Shown here: positions 36,884-48,029 of the stretch, in pieces
Position numbering within the stretch: the stretch's first letter is position 1
Layout: every line of letters starts with the position of its first letter
NCBI GenBank assembly: GCA_964574215.1
Contig: CAZNLR010000010.1
Coordinates: 9,954 to 73,953 of the forward strand
From: an uncultured Rhodospirillaceae bacterium
GTDB taxonomy: Bacteria > Pseudomonadota > Alphaproteobacteria > Rhodospirillales > UBA2165
Reading direction: 5' to 3'
DNA: 64,000 nt
Made by a program: the position numbers and the translations under genes
Notes under the pieces: generated by a model
The model's input: only the letters and a program-made list of their open reading frames with translations
Told to the model about the DNA's origin: nothing
The model's database searches: none

Positions 36884-37612
36884 ATGCCGGCACTCCTTGA
36901 AATCGAAAACGTCAGCAAAAGTTTCCGGGGCCTAAAGGCTGTCTCCAACGTCTCTTTGAGCGTCGAAGAAGGCGGATTGATGGCGTTGATCGGTCCCAAC
37001 GGCGCCGGCAAGACAACGCTCTTCAATTTAATCGCCGGGGTCTATCCCGCCGATGAAGGCCGGATCGCTTTGGGCGGCACGGATATTCTGGGGATGAGGC
37101 CGGACCAGATCTGCGATGCCGGGATTGGGCGGACCTTTCAATTGGTGAAACCGTTTCCCGACATGACGGTGCTGGAAAACGTCACCGTCGGCGCGCTGCA
37201 CGGCACCCATGACATCGGCGCCGCCCGCGACGCCGCCCGGGGACATGTGGAATTGCTCGATCTCGCCGATAAAATTTACCAACCGGCTCACAGTCTGACC
37301 CTGCCGGACCGCAAGCGGTTGGAAGTGGCGAGGGCGCTGGCGACCAATCCGCGTCTTCTGTTGCTTGACGAAGTGATGGCCGGATTGCGGCCGACGGAAA
37401 CCGACGAAATGGTGGCGGTTTTTAAAACCCTCAACCAGGAAACCGGGATCACGATCTTACTGATCGAACATGTCATGCGGGCGGTGATGTCGCTGTCCCA
37501 TCATGTGGCGGTGCTTCATCACGGTGAAAAAATCAGCGAAGGTACGCCGGAGCACATCTCCCAGGACCCGGCCGTCCTCGACTGCTATCTGGGTGAGGAG
37601 GAGGACGTCTGA
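36884..37612 (+). CDS. ABC transporter ATP-binding protein (LivG-like)
   Basis: 242 aa with Walker A GPNGAGKTT, signature/Walker B LLLLDEVMAGL, and the C-terminal LivG-type extension. Confidence 0.9.
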   Translation: MPALLEIENVSKSFRGLKAVSNVSLSVEEGGLMALIGPNGAGKTTLFNLIAGVYPADEGRIALGGTDILGMRPDQICDAGIGRTFQLVKPFPDMTVLENVTVGALHGTHDIGAARDAARGHVELLDLADKIYQPAHSLTLPDRKRLEVARALATNPRLLLLDEVMAGLRPTETDEMVAVFKTLNQETGITILLIEHVMRAVMSLSHHVAVLHHGEKISEGTPEHISQDPAVLDCYLGEEEDV

Positions 37613-38316
37613 TGCTGAAAGTCAAAGACGTCGACCTTTACTACGGTGACGCCCAGGCGCTGGGGGATATATCCCTTCATGTGGATGAAGGGGAGATCAT
37701 TGCCATTGTCGGAGCCAACGGCGCCGGCAAGACGTCGCTGATCAAGGCCATTGCCGGCATCCATACGCCGTCAAAAGGTTCCATTTCCTACCGCGACCGG
37801 GAGATCACCCAAATGCGGTCGAGCGCTATTTGCGAACTGGGCATCGGTCAGGTAGCCGAAGGCCGCCAGATTTTCCCCAGCATGACCGTGCAGGAAAATC
37901 TGGAAATGGGCGCTGTTATCAAGCGGGCCCGTGAAAAGGAAACGGATACCATAGAGCAAATTTTCAACATGTATCCCATTCTGAAAGAACGACGCACCCA
38001 GGCGGCGGGCACATTGTCGGGCGGCGAACAGCAAATGCTGGCCATCGGCCGATGTCTTATGGGACAGCCCGAACTGATCATGTTCGACGAACCAAGCCTG
38101 GGGCTGGCCCCGGCCATTGTCCAGGAAGTGTTCCGGACCATCCACCATCTCAGCGACGAGGGCCATACGATTATCCTGGTCGAACAAAATGTCGCCGTTT
38201 CCCTCAAACTGGCCAACCGTGCTTACGTCTTGGAAAACGGCCGCATGACTCTTGAAGGCACGGGCGACGAACTCCTCCACGACGACCGGGTGCGCCAAGC
38301 CTATATGGGGCTTTAA
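37612..38316 (+). CDS. ABC transporter ATP-binding protein (LivF-like)
   Basis: 234 aa with Walker A GANGAGKTS, signature LSGGEQQML and Walker B LIMFDEPS. Confidence 0.9.
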   Translation: MLKVKDVDLYYGDAQALGDISLHVDEGEIIAIVGANGAGKTSLIKAIAGIHTPSKGSISYRDREITQMRSSAICELGIGQVAEGRQIFPSMTVQENLEMGAVIKRAREKETDTIEQIFNMYPILKERRTQAAGTLSGGEQQMLAIGRCLMGQPELIMFDEPSLGLAPAIVQEVFRTIHHLSDEGHTIILVEQNVAVSLKLANRAYVLENGRMTLEGTGDELLHDDRVRQAYMGL

Positions 38317-38403
38317 AAAAGGGGACGGTCCCTGTTTTTCCGGATAATACGTACTCCCAATTTTTTTAGGGTCTTTTTTCCTCCTTGTTTTTGGGTTAAA
38401 ATG

Positions 38404-38427
38404 TTCGTAATACGAACAAAATTTTGT
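38404..38427. promoter_or_regulatory. Two abutting perfect palindromes upstream of the Mo-subunit gene (candidate operator)
   Basis: TTCGTAATACGAA (38404-38416) and ACAAAATTTTGT (38416-38427) lie 22-45 nt upstream of ATG 38449 in an AT-rich spacer. Confidence 0.3.
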
Positions 38428-38448
38428 TGATGATTTAATGGGTGAAAA

Positions 38449-40791
38449 ATGAGTGGCCATGATATGGGGCGCGAAGTGCGCCGCGACGCGAAAATGAACA
38501 AGGCGGCGGGTGACCGTATTCCGTTGCTGGACGGAGTCGACAAGGTTACGGGCTCAGCCAAATATACGGCTGATCTGGACTTCACCGGCGCGCTGGTGGG
38601 TAAAATTTTGCGCAGTCGCTGGTCCCACGCGGAAATCGTCAGCATCGATATTTCGAAGGCCCGGGCTTTGCCCGGCGTGGTCACGGTAATCACCGGCGAA
38701 GACTGCGGCATGCCATTCGGCGTGCTGCCCATTGCGGAAAATGAATATCCCCTGGCCAAGGGTAAGGTCCGCTACCGCGGCGATCCCATGGTCGCCCTGG
38801 CGGCGGTCGATGAAGAGACGGCGGAGGAAGCCCTTAAGCTGATCGAAATCGAGGTCAAGGAACTGCCCGCCTATTTCACCTCCAAAGACGCCCGCGCCAC
38901 GGATGCGGTGCCGCTTCACGATGACAATCCGGACAATCTGCTCAGGGATCAGGATTACGAACTGGGCGATCTAGACGGCGAGTTCGAAAAATCCGAATTG
39001 ATCATGGAATCGTCATTCAGTTGTTCCGAAGTCAACCACATGCAGATGGAACTGAACGGCAGCCTGGCCGAATTTGACGAACATCGGGGCTGGTTGACCA
39101 TTCAAACCGTGACGCAAGTTCCCTACTATTTGCACCTGATGCTGGCCCAGTGCCTGGGCATCGACGCCTCAAGGGTGCGGGTGATTAAGCCTTTTGTCGG
39201 CGGCGGCTTCGGCGCCCGGGTGGAAGCGCTCAATTTCGAGATTATCACCGCGCTTTTGGCCAAATCCTGTGGCGGTACGGTGCGCCTGATGCAAACCCGT
39301 GAGGAATGTTTCATCAACCACCGGGGACGGCCGCAGACGGATATCTGGGTCAAGCTCGGCGTTAAAAAGGACGGTTCCATCCTGGCCTGTGATTCCAAAG
39401 TCGTTCAGGCGGGCGGCGCTTACGCCAGCTACGGTATCATCACGCTCCTCTATTCCGGCGCTACAATGAACGCGCTCTACGATATGAAAGCCATGCGCTT
39501 TAACGGTGAGCGGGTCTTTACCAACACCCCGGCCTGCGGCGCCATGCGCGGCCACGGCACGGTGGACAGCCGTTATGCCTTCGATACGCTGCTGGATGAA
39601 GTGGCCGAAGAACTGGAGATCGACCCCTTCGAAATCCGCCGCAAGAACTTCGTCGACGTACCGTGCGAAACTTTGAACGGTGCCAAGATTACGTCTTACG
39701 GTTTGCCCGAAGCCCTTGATTGGTGCGAAGAAGCCTCCGACTGGAAAGCCCGCATCGGTAAAATGCCCAAAGGTAAGGGACTGGGCCTCGGTTGTTCTCA
39801 TTTTATCTCCGGCGCGCCCAAGCCTATCCACTGGACCGGTGAGCCCCACGCCACCATCAATTTGAAACTGGATTTCGATTGCGGCATTACCATCATGACC
39901 GGCGCCTCCGATATCGGTCAGGGCTCCTCCACCATCCTGGTGCAGGCGGTGGCCAATCAGCTTGGCGTGGATTACGATCGCATCCGTCTGGTCGCCAACG
40001 ACAGCGCCATCACGCCCAAGGACAACGGGTCTTATTCATCACGGGTTACTTATATGTGCGGTAACGCGGCCATCGATGCGGCGGATAATTTGAAAGAAAT
40101 TCTCGTCAAGGCGGCGGCGGAAAAGCTGGATTGCAATCCTGCCGACATCGAATGTCTGGGCGAGGTCTACCGGGTTTCCGGCAGCCAGGACCCGGGTATT
40201 TCCTTCAACGAAGTGGTGGCCCAGGCTTTGGTGGACACCGGCACCCTCACGGTCAAGGGCACCTACACGACAACCCGCGATTTCCAGGGTACGGTGAAAT
40301 ACCGGGGCGCCGCGGTTGGGCCGTCCATGGGTTTCTCATACGGCGCAACCGTCGCCGAGGTAACGGTGGACGAGGAAACCGGTCATCTGACGGTGGACCA
40401 TCTATGGTCAGCCCTGGATGTGGGTTTCGCCATCAATCCGCTGTCCGTTGAAGGGCAGATCGAAGGCTCCGTCTGGATGGGATTGGGCCAGGCCATCAGC
40501 GAGGAAACCTGGTTCCACGAAGGCTTGCCGCTGCACGCCAGCGTACTCGACTACAAGGTGCCGACCATCATGGAATCACCGCCCATCGACGTGAAAATCG
40601 TCGAGAGCATCGATCCCAACGGCCCCTTTGGCGCCAAGGAAGCCAGTGAAGGTGCGCTTGCCAGCGCCATCGCGGCGGTCGGCAACGCCATCTATGACGC
40701 CGTCGGCATCCGCATGTATCAGACTCCTTTCAGCCCGGAACGCATTCTCGAAGCGCTGATGGAAAAAGAAAAGCGGGAAAAAGCGGCATAA
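38449..40791 (+). CDS. Xanthine dehydrogenase/aldehyde oxidase-family molybdopterin-binding large subunit (4-hydroxybenzoyl-CoA reductase alpha / CoxL-like)
   Basis: 780 aa with the N-terminal a/b-hammerhead pattern [11 protein letters not shown], the FVGGGFGAR motif and the C-terminal GAKEASEG. No 2Fe-2S or FAD subunit genes are adjacent. Confidence 0.8.
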   Translation: MSGHDMGREVRRDAKMNKAAGDRIPLLDGVDKVTGSAKYTADLDFTGALVGKILRSRWSHAEIVSIDISKARALPGVVTVITGEDCGMPFGVLPIAENEYPLAKGKVRYRGDPMVALAAVDEETAEEALKLIEIEVKELPAYFTSKDARATDAVPLHDDNPDNLLRDQDYELGDLDGEFEKSELIMESSFSCSEVNHMQMELNGSLAEFDEHRGWLTIQTVTQVPYYLHLMLAQCLGIDASRVRVIKPFVGGGFGARVEALNFEIITALLAKSCGGTVRLMQTREECFINHRGRPQTDIWVKLGVKKDGSILACDSKVVQAGGAYASYGIITLLYSGATMNALYDMKAMRFNGERVFTNTPACGAMRGHGTVDSRYAFDTLLDEVAEELEIDPFEIRRKNFVDVPCETLNGAKITSYGLPEALDWCEEASDWKARIGKMPKGKGLGLGCSHFISGAPKPIHWTGEPHATINLKLDFDCGITIMTGASDIGQGSSTILVQAVANQLGVDYDRIRLVANDSAITPKDNGSYSSRVTYMCGNAAIDAADNLKEILVKAAAEKLDCNPADIECLGEVYRVSGSQDPGISFNEVVAQALVDTGTLTVKGTYTTTRDFQGTVKYRGAAVGPSMGFSYGATVAEVTVDEETGHLTVDHLWSALDVGFAINPLSVEGQIEGSVWMGLGQAISEETWFHEGLPLHASVLDYKVPTIMESPPIDVKIVESIDPNGPFGAKEASEGALASAIAAVGNAIYDAVGIRMYQTPFSPERILEALMEKEKREKAA

Positions 40792-40811
40792 AATTTAGAT
40801 TGAAAATAAGT

Positions 40812-40844
40812 GGGCGGGGCGTCAGGTCCCGCCCGTTTTCTTTG
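40812..40844 (+). terminator. Rho-independent terminator of the Mo-subunit gene
   Basis: The stem GGGCGGGGC/GTCCCGCCC (9 bp including one G-U) has a 5-nt loop and is followed by GTTTTCTTT. The 3' arm overlaps the last codons of the convergent TRAP permease gene. Confidence 0.65.
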
Positions 40845-42705
40845 GGACGACCATTCTACGATTGGCGAGAATGATCACGGCGTAAATTGCCAATCCGGTC
40901 AAATCCGTTAGCATTCCCTGGTAAAGCAGCAATAAGCCACCGCCGCCCATGGCAAGCCGTTGCCATAGGGGCACGGCCTCTTTCATGCAGCCGATGACAA
41001 AAACAGCAATACCGTAGACACCGATAAAGGCTGAAACAACCGCCAGGACGATATCCGGCAAGGCGCCGTTCAGCATGATGCCAGGGCCGAAGAAGAACAT
41101 GAAAGGCAAAATATAGCTGGTGATGCCGTAGAAAAAAGCGGTCCAGCCCACCTGATTGATGTCAGCCTTGGCGATCCCCGCTGCCACGTAAGACGCCAGC
41201 GCCACCGGTGGCGTGATGGTGGAAACGCAGCCGTAGAAAAAGACGAACATGTGGGCGGTCAGCATGGGAACGCCGACTTTCGACAAGGCCGGGGCCACCA
41301 CCGTCGCCAGGATCAAATAAGCCGCCGTGGTGGGCAGACCCATGCCTAGAATAATCGCCACCACCATGGTCAGCAGCAGGGCAAAGAACGGAATGCCGCC
41401 CGACGTTGTGATGATGAGCCCGGATATTTTCGAGCCCAATCCGGTAATGCCCAGGGTGCCGGCGATGATGCCGGCGGCGGCGCAGGCGGCCGCGATGGGA
41501 ACGACGCTTTTGGCGCCTTCCGTTATCGCCCTTGCCGATTTGGCGAAGAATTCCCAATCGATACGCCGCTTCCAGATGATATGGGTCGCCATCAAAAGCA
41601 GGATGGCGACGAACGACGCTTTAAAGGGCGAAAAGCCGTGGACCATCATGGCGATCAAGGCGACAAAGGGAATGATGTACTGGCCGCCCTTGATCAGGAT
41701 CGAGATCATCGGTTCGCCGTCGTCTTCGGGCCGCTCCGGCTTGAAGCCGCTTTTGACCGCCTGCAAGTGTACGACGAAGCAAATTGAGGTGAAGAACAAC
41801 AGGGCCGGGATCAACCCCACCCGCATCACATTGGTGTAGGGCGTACCGACGATCTCGGCCATGATAAAGGCTGCTGCTCCCATGACTGGCGGCATGATCT
41901 GCCCACCGGTTGAAACCACGGCCTCGATGGCGCCGGCCTGGTAGGGTTTGTAGCCCTCCCGCTTCATCATGGGGATCGTCAGGGTGCCCGTCACCGCAAC
42001 GTTGCCCGCCGCCGATCCGGAAATCATACCGAGCAAGGTGGAAAAAATAACCGCCGTCTTGGCGCCCGCCGCCAGCATGTTTTTGGTGATGCGGCTGGAG
42101 AGCTTGAAAAAGAAATCGCCGGCGCCGAATTCGCTGAGGAAAGAGCCGAAAATAGTGAAAAGGATAATGTAGGTCGCCGAAACGCCGATGGGGATGCCGT
42201 ATATCCCCTCGCTGGTCGTGGTCAGAAATTCCGCCAGGCGGAGCGGGGCGTACCCCCGACTTTCGAAGACGCCCGGCAGGTACGCGCTGTAAAACGGGTA
42301 GGTAAAAAAAACCAAACAGATGCAGGCCAAAACCATACCAACGCCGCGGCGCGCACCCTCCAGCACCATCACCAGTATGATCAAGCCGATCCAGGAATCC
42401 AGCGGTTCGGTTTCGCCGCCGCTCATGGCGATATCCTGCCAGCGGGTCAGCATATAGATGCTGGCGGCCACCGAGATGGCCACCAGGATTAGGCTGGACA
42501 ATCGGTCGTAGAGATTGCCCTCCAGCCGCTTAAGTGTCGGCTTGGTCAAAAACAGAATGGCCAGCATCATCAACAGATGAAACATGCGGATGTCCGGCGT
42601 CGACAGGACGAACAGTCCGGAGACGCTCAGCAAATGAAAAGCGCCGATCAAGAAGGCGATGGCGTTTACCGTGTGATCCAGATACTTGTCGATCGCAGCG
42701 GCCAT
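40822..42705 (-). CDS. TAXI-type TRAP transporter fused permease (DctQ-DctM fusion)
   Basis: 627 aa and highly hydrophobic. The length and pattern fit fused 4TM/12TM TRAP permeases encoded next to TAXI receptors. Confidence 0.8.
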   Translation of the reverse strand: MAAAIDKYLDHTVNAIAFLIGAFHLLSVSGLFVLSTPDIRMFHLLMMLAILFLTKPTLKRLEGNLYDRLSSLILVAISVAASIYMLTRWQDIAMSGGETEPLDSWIGLIILVMVLEGARRGVGMVLACICLVFFTYPFYSAYLPGVFESRGYAPLRLAEFLTTTSEGIYGIPIGVSATYIILFTIFGSFLSEFGAGDFFFKLSSRITKNMLAAGAKTAVIFSTLLGMISGSAAGNVAVTGTLTIPMMKREGYKPYQAGAIEAVVSTGGQIMPPVMGAAAFIMAEIVGTPYTNVMRVGLIPALLFFTSICFVVHLQAVKSGFKPERPEDDGEPMISILIKGGQYIIPFVALIAMMVHGFSPFKASFVAILLLMATHIIWKRRIDWEFFAKSARAITEGAKSVVPIAAACAAAGIIAGTLGITGLGSKISGLIITTSGGIPFFALLLTMVVAIILGMGLPTTAAYLILATVVAPALSKVGVPMLTAHMFVFFYGCVSTITPPVALASYVAAGIAKADINQVGWTAFFYGITSYILPFMFFFGPGIMLNGALPDIVLAVVSAFIGVYGIAVFVIGCMKEAVPLWQRLAMGGGGLLLLYQGMLTDLTGLAIYAVIILANRRMVVPKKTGGT

Positions 42706-42811
42706 ATTTTCCTGTTTCAGTAAATGAGGGGCTCAAGATGCGCAGGGCCTCCAATGGAGGCCCTGCTTAATTATTTAGTGCATTGTGACATAAAATTTTC
42801 TTCCGGCTTTT

Positions 42812-43750
42812 CTATTTTTTCCAGTATTTCGCCGCACCCGGATGCAACGGGATTTTCAGCTTCAAGGAATTGGCCGGTTTGATCTGTTTGGCGTGGGCAT
42901 TGTTGGCTCGGAACTCGTTCATATTGTCGTAAATCGCTTTGGTGATTTTATAGACTTTGTCGGCGTTCATACCGCTTTTGACCACCAGCATATTGTTGAC
43001 GCCCAGAACGTTACCGGCTTCAGAGGTTTTATAGACGCCCTTTGGCACGACCACGTGATTATAGTTTTTGTATTTCGCCAAAGCCGCTTGCATTTTTCCC
43101 GAGCCGAGTTTGATGTATTTCAGTGCTTTGTTGACCCGTGCCTGTACCACTGCGCCGGCGGGATAGCCCGAGAGAGCAAAGGCCGCGTCAACGTTGCCGT
43201 CTGCCAACTGGCTGAAACCGTCACTGTAGGATAGGAAACTGGGATTGATGTCTTTGATGGTCAATCCGTGCAATCCCAATACCTGCTTGAGGAACGGAAT
43301 GGTGCCGCCTCCGGCGGGACCAACGGCGATCCTTTTGCCCTTGAGATCACTGATGGTGTTTATCGACGAATTCTTCAAGGTCATCATATGCAGGATGGAA
43401 AAGTGAAGGGAGCCGACGGCGCGCAAGTTCATTTTGCCGCCTTTTTTGTACATGGCGATGCCTTTGTTGGCGAAGACCGATAGATTGTTGTTGGTGATGC
43501 CGATATCCACCTCACCCTTGTTGACCAGGCGCGGGTTTTGGACCGACCCCTGAGTGACGACCGGTACCATGGTGAGGCCGTCGGCGTGTTTGTTCACTAG
43601 ATTGGAAATAGCTTGGCCGACCGGATAGAAGGCGCCGCCCTGACTGGCCGTACCGATCCGAAGTTCTTCGGATTTGGCCGTTGTCGACAGCAAAGCCAAA
43701 CCCATAGCGACGGCACAAGTGGCCGTCATTGACGTTTTTAGAATTCTCAT
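42812..43750 (-). CDS. TRAP transporter solute receptor, TAXI family
   Basis: 312 aa with a signal peptide and the motif RIGTASQGGAFYPVGQAISNL typical of TAXI receptors. Confidence 0.8.
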   Translation of the reverse strand: MRILKTSMTATCAVAMGLALLSTTAKSEELRIGTASQGGAFYPVGQAISNLVNKHADGLTMVPVVTQGSVQNPRLVNKGEVDIGITNNNLSVFANKGIAMYKKGGKMNLRAVGSLHFSILHMMTLKNSSINTISDLKGKRIAVGPAGGGTIPFLKQVLGLHGLTIKDINPSFLSYSDGFSQLADGNVDAAFALSGYPAGAVVQARVNKALKYIKLGSGKMQAALAKYKNYNHVVVPKGVYKTSEAGNVLGVNNMLVVKSGMNADKVYKITKAIYDNMNEFRANNAHAKQIKPANSLKLKIPLHPGAAKYWKK

Positions 43751-43894
43751 TTTTCATCCTCGTTTGGTTGTTTATCTGGGGAACACAACCTTGGTTTCCC
43801 CATTTTTTAGTGCAGCAATAGTATCCATCTGGAAAAATTAATCAATGAAAACGGACACTAATTGTGTTCTTTTAAATTGATTCCAAAAGTCGGA

Positions 43895-45979
43895 TTATCG
43901 GCCAATAATTTTCTTCACCTGGTAGGCACCCCAGGTTTTACCGTCGCCCGATAGCCGCTCAAATTGATTGCGATGACTTTCCATCCATTCAAGTTCAAAA
44001 GACCCGGGTCCCAACGTGACAATTGTATCGATGTTCGCGTTCAACAGCCTCTGCCGCCAAGAAGCGTAGTCTGCCGTCTTTTCGATCCCGGCGATTAGCG
44101 GCGCCAGGGAGCCGTCTTTGGTTGCTGGAATATAGTGCAATTCGTTTTGATAGCGGCGGCCGAGGAAATAATAGAGGGGCCAGCCTCTCAGCAACGAATC
44201 CACGCCGGCGGTGACGGCAATGCGATGCGGTTCCGCAACTTGATCCAAGATTTTGGCGCCTTCCGCCCAATACCGGGCATGATTGGGAAAAACCGATGTC
44301 CGCTGAAGCAGGGAATATCGGACGCTGTCGCGGACCAGGCCGAGAGAAAGCGTGACGATCATGGAGAAACCGATAAAGAGTATCGGTTTGTAAAATCGTG
44401 GCATGCTCTGCCAAAGGGCATATGCTAATCCCAGTACGGCGAGAACGCCCAGGGATAGCCAAAAGTCGAGGCCCGGCCAAAATACGAGATTGAGCCCCAT
44501 ATGGAGGAAGCTCCAAATAATGACGACGATAAAAAGGGGTGTATTTAAATGCCTCCACGAATCCAGAAGATAAATGCTGAAAACAGTGCTCAACACGATG
44601 GCCGGAAGAAGGAATCGTCCGGAAAGCCGGTTGAACATCAATCGCGTGTAAGAGAAATCCGGCGAAAAGTAGGCGAACAGGGTTCCCACCAGCACGGCCG
44701 CTGCTAACAAGGCGTATTTCGGGTTAACAAAATAAAGTTTAGCCATGCCGAAAATGCCAACGGCTAGAAATGCCGCCGTTGGCCATCCTATATAAGTGAT
44801 GGTATTGGCGAGCGCCCGAAATTCGGTTTTCAAATCGTAGGGGTTCAGATCGGCAATCTGCTTCAGCCAGTCGAAATAAAGGCTTTCGGCACCAAGCCTC
44901 ACGCCGGCTACCTGCAAAGGAACAAAGCCGAATAGATAGCCGGTTTTCATATATTCCCGGATGGGCCAGGGGATGAAAACGGCGGCGAGAACGCAGCATG
45001 CCAGCAGGTAAAATATAAAATTTCCGGATTTTTTGTCGGCCTCGGTAGCCATTGCCCACGTCACAAGGCAAAACAGGAGCGCGACCGTGGTCATTGCCGA
45101 TAGCTTCAAACCGGCGGTCAGTCCCAGAGCCATAAAGCAGATGATCAAGTCGGCGCGGTTCCGGTTTCTGAGCCACCGCAAAGCGAACAAGAAGGATGCT
45201 GAAATAAAGACCGTTAGCGCCGTATCGTTCTTGCCGGTGCCGACGGCAAGATAAACAGCAGGGATCAGCATCAGATAGGTAACGGCGGTCCAGCGGCCCA
45301 AACCACGAATGCCTAGTTCACTGCATATGGCGATGATTGCAATGGCCAGAAAAATCCAGGCGGCTATATCCAATAGTGGCAATAGAAGATCGCTGTGAAA
45401 GGGCAGCATCAGCCACGCCATCAGAGATTCGTATCCACCGGGAAAACTGGCGTGCATGGAAAAATAGGCGGGGATCTGCAGCGAAAATCCGGTTCCCTCC
45501 TTGACCCACAAGGCCGCCCTTACGGCATGATAGGCCAGGGCGTCACCACCGATCACCGGGAGAATGAGAATGCGGGCCACGGTGAAAATGATGATGGCGA
45601 AGACCACATAGGCAAGCGGCCGGTAGGGTGATGAGCCAGCCATCCGAAGGACACGATACCAGCAACACAGATCGCTATGAACGGCGCGGCTGAAGGCTGT
45701 TGGCGTAAACTGCAGGTAGGTCCGACCGGCCAGCGCCAAGGCGGTTAGCACCAGGCAGGCCCAGGTAAGTGTAAAAGCGCCAAAGGCGAGCAGAATATGA
45801 AAGCAAAGGCTGGCGGTCCAGGCGCCGACAATGAAAGCGGCGCACCAGCGGACGGCGATGTTTGCTTGGGGTAACAGTTTCTGCACCGCGCCACAGGCGA
45901 TAAAAATAAATACCGACAGAATATAGACGGCTGGTAACGACCGGAGGAGAATATCGATTGTCAAATTGCCCAAAGTCAC
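43895..45979 (-). CDS. Large polytopic membrane protein with C-terminal soluble domain; possibly GT-C-type glycosyltransferase
   Basis: 694 aa with more than 12 predicted TM segments, followed by ~130 soluble residues. The first loop GGDALAYHAVRAALW is faintly reminiscent of ArnT/PMT-type GT-C enzymes. The functional call is weak. Confidence 0.3.
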   Translation of the reverse strand: MTLGNLTIDILLRSLPAVYILSVFIFIACGAVQKLLPQANIAVRWCAAFIVGAWTASLCFHILLAFGAFTLTWACLVLTALALAGRTYLQFTPTAFSRAVHSDLCCWYRVLRMAGSSPYRPLAYVVFAIIIFTVARILILPVIGGDALAYHAVRAALWVKEGTGFSLQIPAYFSMHASFPGGYESLMAWLMLPFHSDLLLPLLDIAAWIFLAIAIIAICSELGIRGLGRWTAVTYLMLIPAVYLAVGTGKNDTALTVFISASFLFALRWLRNRNRADLIICFMALGLTAGLKLSAMTTVALLFCLVTWAMATEADKKSGNFIFYLLACCVLAAVFIPWPIREYMKTGYLFGFVPLQVAGVRLGAESLYFDWLKQIADLNPYDLKTEFRALANTITYIGWPTAAFLAVGIFGMAKLYFVNPKYALLAAAVLVGTLFAYFSPDFSYTRLMFNRLSGRFLLPAIVLSTVFSIYLLDSWRHLNTPLFIVVIIWSFLHMGLNLVFWPGLDFWLSLGVLAVLGLAYALWQSMPRFYKPILFIGFSMIVTLSLGLVRDSVRYSLLQRTSVFPNHARYWAEGAKILDQVAEPHRIAVTAGVDSLLRGWPLYYFLGRRYQNELHYIPATKDGSLAPLIAGIEKTADYASWRQRLLNANIDTIVTLGPGSFELEWMESHRNQFERLSGDGKTWGAYQVKKIIGR

Positions 45980-46009
45980 AACCGATATTTAATCACCGAA
46001 ACCGGCGCG

Positions 46010-46046
46010 GGAAAAGAAAAACGGGCGGGACCGTAGGGTCCCGCCC
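46010..46046 (-). terminator. Rho-independent terminator of nirS
   Basis: Perfect 10-bp stem GGGCGGGACC/GGTCCCGCCC (46023-46032 / 46037-46046) with a 4-nt loop. On the minus strand it is followed by GTTTTTCTTTTC. Confidence 0.8.
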
Positions 46047-46070
46047 GCAAAAAATGTACCGGCGTACGAT

Positions 46071-47834
<1,764 letters not shown>

Positions 47835-47873
47835 CTAGCGGCGAAACATTGCTATTTGCTTGGGTATACGTCC

Positions 47874-47887
47874 TTGACTTAAATCAA
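47874..47887. promoter_or_regulatory. FNR/NNR/Dnr-type box in the nirS-nirI divergent spacer
   Basis: TTGAC-TTAA-ATCAA (TTGAT-N4-ATCAA consensus family), 45 nt upstream of the nirS ATG within the 201-bp divergent spacer. Confidence 0.7.
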
Positions 47888-48029
47888 GGCTGGGAAGGCC
47901 TAATTTGTGGATTAAGCGAGTAGTGTTATTTGATTTTACCGCTGAACCTTGCAGCAATTATGAATATGATTCGGTTGTGCTGATTCTGTTTGATAATACA
48001 TTAGAATAAAATGATATGAGAAACATATA

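Noticed and set aside
43778-43808. Hairpin GGGGAA...TTCCCC followed by ATTTTTT on the + strand
   Set aside because: There is no + strand gene upstream to terminate. The stem is only 6 bp, with a 12-nt loop. It more likely lies in the 5' leader or promoter region of the minus-strand TAXI-TRAP operon.
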